A stretch of DNA of 54,872 nucleotides. Source: an uncultured virus (IMG/VR IMGVR_UViG_3300045107_000066) (Duplodnaviria > Heunggongvirae > Uroviricota > Caudoviricetes). The DNA is taken from the IMG/VR virus record IMGVR_UViG_3300045107_000066, one strand, 5' to 3'. This document shows, in pieces, positions 34,583 through 43,542 of the stretch. Positions within the stretch are counted from its first letter, which is position 1; each line of letters begins with the position of its first letter. The translations under genes and the position numbers were made by a program. The notes below the pieces were generated by a model. That model was not told the origin of the DNA. It was given only the letters and a program-made list of their open reading frames with translations, and ran no database searches.

Positions 34583-36099
34583 TTGGCCTTCCCCTTCACC
34601 TTTTCCTTCTCCTGGGCCTTCTCGATGTTCTTCCCGGCGACGAACAGCCCCTTGCCGAGAACCGCATCGAACTCGAACTTTCTCAGGAGATTGTGGAAGT
34701 TCTTCCTGTACGTTTTCACGATGTCGTCGTGAACCATCTTCTCCTTCTCGGCGATGGTCCGCAGGCAGTGGTTGACGATCCCGACAAAATCCTTCAAGTT
34801 CTGGAGGGTGGACGCCTGGGAGTTACTGGCGATGGTGTCGAGGATGCTCAAAGTCCTGACGGCTTGGGCGGTCGTGATCTTCTCCGGGAAGTCCTCACGC
34901 AGCCGCTTGTAGATGCCCCGCCGGTCCTGGGTGGTGTGGTACTTCTTCCCCTTGAAGAAGTCCTCCCAGGCGGTCAGGTACTTGTCGTAGTCCTTCTCGT
35001 CCGCCTTCTTGTTCCACCAAGACGGCTCCGGGTTGATCCCGAGGCAGAACTGTTCGAGCTTCGGCCCGTTCAGCCCGAGGATGTTACCCAACTTGTCGTC
35101 CTTCTTAACCTCTCGCTTGATGCGGTTAACCCGCAGCTTGTTGGTGTTGGCCTGGAGGATGTCGAGGACGATCTGCTTGAAGTTCGCCTTCTCGATGTTC
35201 TTCATCACCACGTCGTAGGCCATGTCGTTCGAGGCGAACAGGCTGGACACCTTCTCGTTCGGCATGAGCGGCAGGAAGAACTCGATCCGGTCCTTTCGCT
35301 TCAGGATGAACGGCTCGGCGGCGGCGTAATTGTTCTCCACCGCCAGGAACGCCGTCGCCCCCTGCACGTCGTTCTTCTCCATCAGCTTCGTGAGGGCTTC
35401 ACTGACGGGACCGTGCTTGATGGTGGTCAGCAGCTTGTTGACGTTGGAGTTGGACGGCAGGACGAACCGGATGTCGCCGTCCTTTTGGAATACTTCCAGG
35501 GCGTAGTCGAGCCGCCGGGGAGTGACCTTCATCTTCACTTCCTTCGGCAGTTCGCCCCACCACGCCAGGGCGGACTTCGCCAGCGTCTCGCCGTACTTCT
35601 TAGTGAAGTAGCCCTTGTCGGCCTCGTAGGGGGCGTGGACGTGAATCTGGAAGCGGTCCTCCTGGGCCGGGTCCAGGGGTTCCACGTCGTAGTTGCCGTC
35701 GTCGGCCGGGTTGACCGCCGCCCAGATGAAGCGGAGGTTGTTGAATTTCTTGCCGTTGATACTCTTGAATTGAAGTAGTTCCATGACGGCGTTCCGCACC
35801 TTCTTGTGGGCACGGTTGAATTCGTCGAAAAACAGGCACTCCACTTCGTCGTTCTGGAAGTCCTTCGGCCGGATCAGTTCCAGATAAACGTTCCCCTTGT
35901 CGTCCTCGACCTTCTGCGGGACGCCAACGAGATCAACCCACGGGTCCATCGTGGCGGCAGAGTAATACCGCCACTTGAGGCCGTGCCGCTCAAAAGCATC
36001 TTTCACAATCGAGGTTTTACCGATCCCGGCGTGCCCGACGAAAAGGACGTTGAGGTTATTCCTAATCCAAAAGTCTAGGTGGTCGTTCCTGACAAACAT
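34579..36099 (-). CDS. MoxR-like AAA+ ATPase
   Basis: GHAGIGKT, FFDEFNR, A.NP...LDPA..DRF. Confidence 0.9.
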   Translation of the reverse strand: MFVRNDHLDFWIRNNLNVLFVGHAGIGKTSIVKDAFERHGLKWRYYSAATMDPWVDLVGVPQKVEDDKGNVYLELIRPKDFQNDEVECLFFDEFNRAHKKVRNAVMELLQFKSINGKKFNNLRFIWAAVNPADDGNYDVEPLDPAQEDRFQIHVHAPYEADKGYFTKKYGETLAKSALAWWGELPKEVKMKVTPRRLDYALEVFQKDGDIRFVLPSNSNVNKLLTTIKHGPVSEALTKLMEKNDVQGATAFLAVENNYAAAEPFILKRKDRIEFFLPLMPNEKVSSLFASNDMAYDVVMKNIEKANFKQIVLDILQANTNKLRVNRIKREVKKDDKLGNILGLNGPKLEQFCLGINPEPSWWNKKADEKDYDKYLTAWEDFFKGKKYHTTQDRRGIYKRLREDFPEKITTAQAVRTLSILDTIASNSQASTLQNLKDFVGIVNHCLRTIAEKEKMVHDDIVKTYRKNFHNLLRKFEFDAVLGKGLFVAGKNIEKAQEKEKVKGKAK

Positions 36100-36120
36100 G
36101 CTGTGTTCCTCCAGCAGTGG

Positions 36121-36149
36121 AGTATACAGGCCGCTGCGGAGCGAGTCAA
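36121..36149 (-). promoter_or_regulatory. Sigma70-like promoter
   Basis: TTGACT-17-TATACT upstream of the AAA gene. Confidence 0.75.
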
Positions 36150-36225
36150 TTTTGTTTCGAAACTTGAGCGGCAGGAAGGGATTGTGTAATATGTACCAGA
36201 TTGTTTAACTTCTGGAAAGGGCAAA

Positions 36226-36555
36226 ATGGAAAACGAGGAGCTTACCTACATACCCCTGGAAACCAACGACGAGTTCTTCGACGGGTTTCACGGTGCTTAC
36301 GACGAAGTGATGGAAGCGATCTTCGTCATTCTCGCCATCCCTTCCGAGTTATACAACAGAAACGGTAACAGCTACCCGGCGAACGCCCTCGCCTCCATAC
36401 TGCTTACACAACCACTGATGCTCCGGCACGAGGCTCGAATGGCACTACCAAATCTCGACTTCTCCGACCTTGTTGGCGATTACCCCGAATTCGAGGACAT
36501 CGCAGAGGATGAGGAAGTGTTCACCAAAGTAAATTGGAAAGAGGAGGGGTTTTGA
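36226..36555 (+). CDS. Acidic hypothetical protein ending VNWKEEGF
   Basis: ORF with RBS; shared C-terminal motif. Confidence 0.7.
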   Translation: MENEELTYIPLETNDEFFDGFHGAYDEVMEAIFVILAIPSELYNRNGNSYPANALASILLTQPLMLRHEARMALPNLDFSDLVGDYPEFEDIAEDEEVFTKVNWKEEGF

Positions 36556-37070
36556 ATCCCAACGACAAGTCTATCATCATGCTGATCTTGGCTTACCCCG
36601 ACATGCAAGTCACCGAGCGGGATCAGCTATTCACACAACTCCACGACACATCCTTGAAAAATATCTGCTTAGTTGCCCTCGGCGAGCTAGATATAGAAGT
36701 CCTTGACGAACCCGACCGCAGTTGCGCTATCGAACTGGCTCGGGAGGCGAAGGCGAGAATCGAAAGAATCCGCCAGCAGCAGATCAAGGCCAGGAGAGAG
36801 AACGTGATGACGCCGCTTGCCGAGAAACTGACTCGGCTCCACCGCCAGGGCAAAGTGCCCGAGAAGATGTTAATCATCTACGGGGTGTCCGGCACCATCC
36901 CGTTCCGCCACCCGGTCGAAAACCGGAACCTGACCTACGAAGAGAAGGTCGCCGTCCTGCAACAGCGAATGGAGCGGCGGTTCGGCGTCCGGTGGCGTGA
37001 GCGATTCCACGAACTACCCGAATGGCTGGGTGGTGGAGAGAAAACCAATTGGGTTAACGAGGGGTTCTGA
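36552..37070 (+). CDS. Hypothetical protein ending TNWVNEGF
   Basis: TTG start overlapping the previous stop, GAGGAGG RBS. Confidence 0.7.
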   Translation: MNPNDKSIIMLILAYPDMQVTERDQLFTQLHDTSLKNICLVALGELDIEVLDEPDRSCAIELAREAKARIERIRQQQIKARRENVMTPLAEKLTRLHRQGKVPEKMLIIYGVSGTIPFRHPVENRNLTYEEKVAVLQQRMERRFGVRWRERFHELPEWLGGGEKTNWVNEGF

Positions 37071-37468
37071 TGACATTCCGTGAATTCATGCAGCTTGATG
37101 AACAGCCCAACGTGCTGTTCGACCAGCCGGTTCAGATCGTCGTGGACATTGACGGCAAACCGCAGAAGTTCACCGTTGACATCATTGACGTGCGGGCCGA
37201 GGACTGGACCCAGACCCAGGTCCGCACCGCCGACGGGATCGTAATGTCCACCGCCCCGAAGACCCTCTCAGGCTTCCAGCCGTTCTCCCTGCCCCTTGCC
37301 AACGGCCAGTTCATCAACCACGACGCCTGGAGCGGCAATACCATCAGTGCAGAACCACTGAAGACCATCGCCCGGAAGGATTGGGCGAAGTTCGCTCAGT
37401 TCGTTCTCGGCGACAAGGTGGTGAAAGGTCCGCTGGCCCAACGTGACTACGATGCGAAGGTCGGCTAA
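37070..37468 (+). CDS. Hypothetical protein with capsid-targeting-like N-terminus (MTFREFMQLDE)
   Basis: TGATG coupling; N-terminal motif as in 25332-25532. Confidence 0.7.
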   Translation: MTFREFMQLDEQPNVLFDQPVQIVVDIDGKPQKFTVDIIDVRAEDWTQTQVRTADGIVMSTAPKTLSGFQPFSLPLANGQFINHDAWSGNTISAEPLKTIARKDWAKFAQFVLGDKVVKGPLAQRDYDAKVG

Positions 37469-37743
37469 AAGCCTTCGTCCTTCCAATTGACGTGTTCGAC
37501 CGTTTCGATCTTCCGCCGGTTCTGAAACCGCACCAGTGCGATGCGTGCCATCGCCAGAGCGTACAGGTTCCGGCGGGTATACTCTTCGTCTATGATCGCC
37601 TGCCGCCGCCGGTCCTCGGCGTCCCGCTGTTCACGCTCTCTTCTCTCCCGCCGCTCCTTGAAGTAATGTAAGACGCCCTGGTAGATGACGAAGGTCATCA
37701 TCCAGATGGCGAACACGATGATCGTGGGTGCGTCGAGGGTCAC
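37465..37743 (-). CDS. Membrane-anchored protein ending VNWKDEGF
   Basis: TM helix, coiled coil and shared C-terminal motif. Confidence 0.7.
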   Translation of the reverse strand: MTLDAPTIIVFAIWMMTFVIYQGVLHYFKERRERREREQRDAEDRRRQAIIDEEYTRRNLYALAMARIALVRFQNRRKIETVEHVNWKDEGF

Positions 37744-37759
37744 GGTTTAACTGAGTAAA

Positions 37760-38022
37760 ACACAAGGCGGGCCTATACCCAGGGTTCTGTTCCGGTTTCC
37801 CGGCAGGTTACATTTATCTCGGCCTTGCGACCGGGCAGTCTATTACGACACGCCTGCACCAACCCGCATCTATAACGTGCCGCTCACGCACACGATGCTG
37901 TTTGGCTTGCCACGGCTGTAGTCAAAGCGATACTCCCTTTCGGTTTCTCTCCTACAGCGAGCGGAGTGGCCCTGAAGTTCCTCTAGGCTTGACGCCCAGC
38001 GTAACCTCGGCCCGCCTTGTGT
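37760..38022 (-). ncRNA. rnpB: Minimal RNase P RNA
   Basis: 14-bp P1; CR-I GAGGAACTTCAGGGC pairing in P4 with CR-V ACAGAACCCTGGGTA; CR-IV AGATAAATG; GCAAGCCAAA junction; upstream TTTACT...TATTCT promoter. Confidence 0.88.
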
Positions 38023-38094
38023 ACCCCAGAATACACGATTTGGAAAAAAAGTAAATCGCCGCTTTACTTCGTCCCGGTGTCAGCTACTATAGGG

Positions 38095-38165
38095 ATGTCT
38101 CGCCGACTACTCGTCCCGGCGGGCTGGGCCTCGAAACCCAGCGGGGAATGCTGGTGGGACTACAT
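38095..38165 (+). ncRNA. Y-RNA-like module in the 5' leader of the HD gene
   Basis: GTCTCGCC...CTCGTC-hairpin-GAATGCTGGTGGGACTACAT, directly after a TTTACT...TACTAT promoter. Confidence 0.65.
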
Positions 38166-38192
38166 AACGACGTGCCATAGGGGGAACCCGCC

Positions 38193-38810
38193 ATGAAGAA
38201 CACCGAATTCACCTAGAACGACAACAACCTCGCCGCCCTGGTCCCGGCGATGCTCCACTGTGAGCAGACAAAGGGCCAGACTGTATTTCAGCACGGCATG
38301 TCCGTCCAACAGATGACCCTGGAACTCCTGGGGCACTTGTCGGACGGACTCGACATTTCTGGCTGGCGAATCCCGGACTGGCTCACCGCCAACAGGTCCG
38401 AGATCGCATCCAACCTTCACTCACTCGAAGACATCGGCTGCTACACCCTCTACCACGACTGCGGTAAGCCGCTCTGTCGTGTCGTAGACGCTGAGGGCAA
38501 GGTTCACTTCCCCGATCACGCCGCCGTCTCCCGCCGTGCCTACCTTGAGGCCACCGGCGACGAGAAGGTGGCGAACCTGATCGGCTGGGACATGTGCCTC
38601 CACACCTGCACCGCCGACGAACTCACGAACCTACTGAAGACCTGGACGAAGCAGGACGCCTACACCCTGTTAGTGGTTGCGCTCGCCGAAGTCCACAGCA
38701 ACGCCCGCATGTTCGGGGGTCTGGATTCCACGTCCTTCAAGATCAAGTGGAAGCAACTCGACAAGCGGGGCAAGCAGATTCTCAAACACTACACGGGAGG
38801 GCAGTCATGA
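38193..38810 (+). CDS. HD-domain protein with in-frame TAG at codon 8 (alternative start at 38250)
   Basis: H...YHDCGKP...HFPDHA...DM.LH; RBS plus ATG at 38193 in frame with the main ORF. Confidence 0.75.
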
Positions 38811-39199
38811 TCGTCATCTTCAGCTACCGAGAGTCGTACACGCAGACGGACCGCTGCGGCTACGTCACCAACACCAGCCAGTCCGACTTCCGCATGCACG
38901 CCTGCGAGACGGAAGAGGATGCGGCCGAATGGATCGCCGACCGGATCAAGGAAGACCCCAGGGCCGACTACAACCACATCATCGTGGACGACTGGAAGAC
39001 CCTGGAACACATGGCCCAGCACGGGTACATGAACAGCCCCAGCAGCAAGGAGAACTCGATCACCCTGCCCTGGACGCACGAGGACAAGTACGGCGACGAC
39101 TACGAAGCCTACCAGCAGCAGGAGCAGCGTAACGGGGAACTGCACGCCAGGGTCACGGAGTTGGTGAAGGAAAAGTTGGTTCCGCCGAAGTGGTGTTAG
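38807..39199 (+). CDS. Hypothetical protein
   Basis: GGAGG RBS; ATGA coupling. Confidence 0.7.
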   Translation: MIVIFSYRESYTQTDRCGYVTNTSQSDFRMHACETEEDAAEWIADRIKEDPRADYNHIIVDDWKTLEHMAQHGYMNSPSSKENSITLPWTHEDKYGDDYEAYQQQEQRNGELHARVTELVKEKLVPPKWC

Positions 39200-39205
39200 T
39201 AAAGA

Positions 39206-39242
39206 CTCCGACCCCACAGGTGTTTGGCCTGTGGGGTCGGAG
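39206..39242. terminator. Strong hairpin terminator
   Basis: 15-bp stem CTCCGACCCCACAGG/CCTGTGGGGTCGGAG between convergent units. Confidence 0.75.
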
Positions 39243-39370
39243 CGAACCTGCCAGTCCTTGAAACCTGTGTCTCATCCTTGAGACTCTACTTCGTCGGTCA
39301 GGGCGACACGGGTTTTTGGCCCGTTTCGTTAAGACAACTATAACACAGGACATCGGGCGATGCAAGTTGC

Positions 39371-40435
39371 CTAGACTGCGGGGACGGAGAATTTGGAGCA
39401 GAAAGCATCCGCCACCCGCATCACCTTTTCATAATCCTTTAACCCATCACGCAGCCAGGGTTGCGAGTCGAAAATGCCCCGCCCATTAAGCGCACCGAGC
39501 ATCCCGCCGACGAAGCTGGCGTTGCTGTCCGTGTCACCACCGGCCAGGACCGCCTCGAACATCGCCTCCACGCTCGTCGGCTTTCGGGCGAAATATGCGT
39601 AGGAGAACGGAAGGCTGTGATAGACAGGGTACGACCCCCGGCCGAACTCCTCGTCCATCTGGTCGTCGGCCCAGCCCTCGTCGAGAAACGCCCTGAGCTT
39701 CATCATCTCGAACTCCAGGTTGTGCCCGGTGTTCGTGACATGCTTGATGGTGTAAGACTCGGGGATGTCCAAGTCCTCGCAGTTGCCGAACGTGCATTCG
39801 ATCACGTCGAGGAAGTCCCACATCGGGTCGAAGTCCACGCCGGAGTGCCGCAGCAGTTCGACCAGGACCGCCGTGTGAACCACGCCGCCGAGAACGGCCA
39901 CCTGGGCGTCGTGCGTCATCCGCCCGAACGCCACCACGTTGTTGTAGAAGTCCTTGCGGATGCTGTCGGAGTAGGCGATGGGAGAGAGATACCATGCGGC
40001 GAGCGGGGCCACCTTCATCGGCACGCCGTTCCCGAGGCCACGCTTCTTGCCGTCGGTGTAGACGCCGGATTGGCTCCAGTGCGTCCCGGCGATCAGCCTA
40101 TTGATGGCGTCCTTCGTCGTGTTCCCCATCCCGGTTGGGGACTCCTTGATGGCCCGGCAGTGGTGGCGGGCGATGGCGTCCATGCAGAACGTCCCGGCCT
40201 CGATCAGTGCCTCAGCCGTGATCCCGGTCAGGCACCAGTCGTCGGTCGTCGTCCCGGCTTCGTTGCCGTCGAAATACTTGTGGCCGTCGGGCCGGAAGTA
40301 TTTCAGGTCGGCGATGCTCGGCACCTTCTCCTTGATCTCGGCACGGGACATGCCCTCGAACGGCATCCCCAGGGCGTCCCCGTAGGCGATCCCCAGAAAC
40401 ATCCCCTCGACCTTCGACTTGGTGAGCGTGGACAT
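39371..40435 (-). CDS. ADP-ribosylglycohydrolase (DraG/ARH family)
   Basis: GDALG.P.E, TDD, GNG..M, TH and GGDTDS motifs. Confidence 0.93.
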   Translation of the reverse strand: MSTLTKSKVEGMFLGIAYGDALGMPFEGMSRAEIKEKVPSIADLKYFRPDGHKYFDGNEAGTTTDDWCLTGITAEALIEAGTFCMDAIARHHCRAIKESPTGMGNTTKDAINRLIAGTHWSQSGVYTDGKKRGLGNGVPMKVAPLAAWYLSPIAYSDSIRKDFYNNVVAFGRMTHDAQVAVLGGVVHTAVLVELLRHSGVDFDPMWDFLDVIECTFGNCEDLDIPESYTIKHVTNTGHNLEFEMMKLRAFLDEGWADDQMDEEFGRGSYPVYHSLPFSYAYFARKPTSVEAMFEAVLAGGDTDSNASFVGGMLGALNGRGIFDSQPWLRDGLKDYEKVMRVADAFCSKFSVPAV

Positions 40436-40493
40436 AGCATCTCCGTAGTGGATGAATCCTCTAAAGTCTACCCGGATTACGGCCGGTGTAAAG

Positions 40494-41216
40494 TCAAAAC
40501 AACTTGGGTACGGAACTTTGAACCACGACGAGCGGTTCTTCCACCAGTTGCATCGCATCGTAGTCAGCACCAACGAATACCGCCTGATGTCCCTCACTCC
40601 CGAGCGACGAAATCCGGCCCGTGTGTTGGGCCAGACTCGGTGAATGGAAGTACAGTGGCAACTGCTCCCGCTCGGCCCACATGCCGATGATCGCATCCTT
40701 GCGAGAGTTAGCGATGTCCCGGCCCTGATAAGTTTCACCGAATGAACGGTGTAGCAGCACGTCAGGGCTGGACAGAAATCGAACAGCCTCGTGCCGACCA
40801 AACACCATCGCCTGCCCGCCCCACGTCTGAACCCCGTGACACTCGTTGTGAACGTAACGGCCGTACCGGGCGTACCGCCTGGGGGTGTAAATGGACAGGG
40901 CGGCAAACCGCCCAACCTGGGGGATCAACCCCTCCAGGTAGTAGGCAATGTTATTGCATAACGTCACGTCGTCTTCGAGCAGCAGAAAGTAGTCAGTCTT
41001 GGGGCGGGTGGTCAGCAAATAGAACAAGGCACAGAGGAAGTTCGACCAGTCGCCGAACTTTTCCCCGTGCTGGTGGAATATCACGCCGCCAGGGTTCTCC
41101 AAAATAGGTTCCGCAAAAACGTGAATATCTTGGAAATTCTTGGCGGCTGACTCAATGGTTTGCTGAAGATAACCGTCGTTCCTCGGAGCGGCGGTTATCC
41201 CCACGGTCCAGTTCAT
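40494..41216 (-). CDS. Glycosyltransferase-like protein (GT-A fold)
   Basis: LLLEDD (DxD-like), PSLAQH.G..S. Confidence 0.7.
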   Translation of the reverse strand: MNWTVGITAAPRNDGYLQQTIESAAKNFQDIHVFAEPILENPGGVIFHQHGEKFGDWSNFLCALFYLLTTRPKTDYFLLLEDDVTLCNNIAYYLEGLIPQVGRFAALSIYTPRRYARYGRYVHNECHGVQTWGGQAMVFGRHEAVRFLSSPDVLLHRSFGETYQGRDIANSRKDAIIGMWAEREQLPLYFHSPSLAQHTGRISSLGSEGHQAVFVGADYDAMQLVEEPLVVVQSSVPKLF

Positions 41217-43438
41217 TAGTCAATTCTCAGGCTCCAGACGCCTTTGGGGTTGGCCTCCCAACTCCGGCACTGGTGGATGGCGTAGACCCCGGCAGGCACC
41301 TTCACGTCGTCGTGTTCTTGGTGCCTCAGCCACAGGTCTTTGTCTAGTTTAACATAACCGAGGATGTTTGTCTTCGCCGCTTTGTCGTACTCGGCGAACT
41401 TCACCGCCTCATCGAACGTGTGCCCGTCGCACGAGTTGACTTCGAACTCGGCAAACTCCGGCGGGTTGTCCTGCAACACAAAGAACAAGTCACCCTGCTG
41501 GGCCTTGATGTTGTTCTTGTTGACGTTCCCCGCCATGTAGTTGTAACACACCTTGATCCAGTTGTGGATCGGGTTGTAATCCCCGCTCTTGCTACGGCTC
41601 GGGTGGACCCGGTGGAAGTGGACCCTCGTCTTCCCCTTCTGCTTCAATCGCTCAAAGATGATGAGGAACGTCGGGTAGCCTCGTCCCTGGGCACTCCCGG
41701 TCAGGGTGTAGAACATCAGGCCGTAGTCGTCCCGCCCGTTCAGCTTGACTTCCAGTTCGTTCGTGACGGCGTTCCCGTTGAACGAGAAGCCTTCAGTCAA
41801 AACGTGGTAGTCGTGGCTATAGCAGTAGGTCGTCTGCCGCCCGGCGATGGCGAGCGAGGCGTAAGGAACCTCAACCGTGCGAGCCTCGTTGTCCACAATC
41901 GGCGTCAGAGCCGACCGCTTCTTGGCTACGCCGTTGCTGCCCTCCTCCGGCGGTTCCAGTTCGCTTTCGCTGGTCACGAGCTTCGGCTTGCACTCCCACT
42001 TGTAGCCGGTGTGCTTCTCCAGGTACTTCGGCAGCGTGTGGAGGACGAACTGGAAGTAGGACATCAAGTCCTTCTCATAGGTCGTCCGCCCCTTCACTTC
42101 GTTCGCCAGTTCACTCGCCTCTTCCGGGTATTTCGCCAGCATCTCCTCCCACAACTTCCAGTTGTCGTTGAGTAAGAAATACTGTTCGCTGCGGCGGAAG
42201 AAGGTGGAAACGGGCACCTTGCCCTCTTTGATCGCCGTAGTGGTGAGCGGATAGGCGGCTTCGTCCAACTGGAGGAAGTCGTAGTCCTCCATGAGCTTCG
42301 CAAACGCCCGGCTGCTGTTGGACTGGATCGCCTGCTTACGCTTCTCCTTGTACGACCCCAGCCCCTTGACCAGTTCCTTCCAGTCGTACTTACGGTACTC
42401 GTACCAGCCGTTGTCCTGGTTCTCGTCGGCGGTGGCGAACTCGACGGCCTTCTGAACGCAGTCGTAGATGTCCTGTGCCGACGTGACGTTGGCAAAGCTC
42501 TCGTTGAAGACGCTGCTGACCTTCACTGTGTCAACGCTCTTGTTGGAGGCGATGCACATGCTGCGGAGGGTCAGGTAGTGGATTGGGTGCTTCACCCGCA
42601 GGTCGGCCAGGAACGGCCGCATCTTCTCCCAGGTCTTCTTGACCCCGGCGAGCGGCGGGTCTTCCTCAATCGGGGTGGCGGTGAAATAGCCTTTGAAGAA
42701 GTTCTCAACGCTGTTGCCCTTCGTGTCGCCGAAGAACCAGGAGTTCAGGTGGCTCGGCACGTTCAGGGCAAGAATCTTTTCCTCAGCGTCCTGGTAACTG
42801 TACCGCCCCTTGTAGCTGGCCTTGATGATCTGCTCGGCGTTGGTGATCGGCGACGTGCCGTTGTCGAACCCGTAGGTTAAGTCCGGGTTGACGTGGACGC
42901 CCAGGATTTGCTTCGCCATCAGGTAGGTGGTGAGGACTGCGGCCCGCCTACCCTCGATCTCGAACTCGACGTAGAAGTTGCCCGAGCCTCGCCCGTCCCC
43001 GGCGTGCCAAAGCAGGTCGCCGCAGTACGGCAACATGCCGCAACCGACGACGTTCTTCGCCATCGCCTCGATCTTACCGAACCGGAAGTCCTTCCGGTCG
43101 TAGTTGTTAAAGTCGTTGGCGCACTTCATGAACACGACGACCGGGGCGGCGAATAACTCCTGCTCCGTCGGCTTGTTCATCCGGTGCGTGTAGTTGTAGT
43201 CGTAGTAGTTGGGCGAGTACCAACTGTTCGAGCGAGAGTGGATGGCGTCGTTCTTGTTGCGAACGAAGTGCCGCACGGACACCTTGATCCGCTTATCGTA
43301 TTCGGTCTTAAAGAACTTGTCTAAGTCCGTCGTGCCGAAGAGGTTGGCGATGGTGACGGGCTGGGCTTCGTAGAACTGGTGATTCTCGATGTTATTGATG
43401 GTCAGTTCTTCGAACGTTGCAATCCTTTGTGTGGTCAT
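41216..43438 (-). CDS. Large hypothetical protein with C-terminal QGD/HxEH domain
   Basis: 740 aa; QQGD...GH...HQEH...VP.G.Y motif. Confidence 0.75.
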   Translation of the reverse strand: MTTQRIATFEELTINNIENHQFYEAQPVTIANLFGTTDLDKFFKTEYDKRIKVSVRHFVRNKNDAIHSRSNSWYSPNYYDYNYTHRMNKPTEQELFAAPVVVFMKCANDFNNYDRKDFRFGKIEAMAKNVVGCGMLPYCGDLLWHAGDGRGSGNFYVEFEIEGRRAAVLTTYLMAKQILGVHVNPDLTYGFDNGTSPITNAEQIIKASYKGRYSYQDAEEKILALNVPSHLNSWFFGDTKGNSVENFFKGYFTATPIEEDPPLAGVKKTWEKMRPFLADLRVKHPIHYLTLRSMCIASNKSVDTVKVSSVFNESFANVTSAQDIYDCVQKAVEFATADENQDNGWYEYRKYDWKELVKGLGSYKEKRKQAIQSNSSRAFAKLMEDYDFLQLDEAAYPLTTTAIKEGKVPVSTFFRRSEQYFLLNDNWKLWEEMLAKYPEEASELANEVKGRTTYEKDLMSYFQFVLHTLPKYLEKHTGYKWECKPKLVTSESELEPPEEGSNGVAKKRSALTPIVDNEARTVEVPYASLAIAGRQTTYCYSHDYHVLTEGFSFNGNAVTNELEVKLNGRDDYGLMFYTLTGSAQGRGYPTFLIIFERLKQKGKTRVHFHRVHPSRSKSGDYNPIHNWIKVCYNYMAGNVNKNNIKAQQGDLFFVLQDNPPEFAEFEVNSCDGHTFDEAVKFAEYDKAAKTNILGYVKLDKDLWLRHQEHDDVKVPAGVYAIHQCRSWEANPKGVWSLRID

Positions 43439-43489
43439 AGTATTCTCCGTTGTCGTTCATGACATCGGGAGATTCTATCAAAAACTTGA

Positions 43490-43516
43490 GGCCGGGGGAA
43501 GTTTAATCCCCCGGCC
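43490..43516 (-). terminator. Probable intrinsic terminator
   Basis: GGCCGGGGGA/TCCCCCGGCC stem with a downstream T-run. Confidence 0.6.
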
Positions 43517-43542
43517 CCTCGTTGTTTAACTTCACCAGCCGG

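Noticed and set aside
39285..39330. Pistol or hammerhead ribozyme resemblance
   Set aside because: Pseudoknot partner and CUGANGA core with a cleavable NUH are not present
39371..40435. ADP-ribosylglycohydrolase as a counterpart of vault PARP
   Set aside because: Lies 27 kb from MVP, is common in large phages, and no PARP is seen in the window
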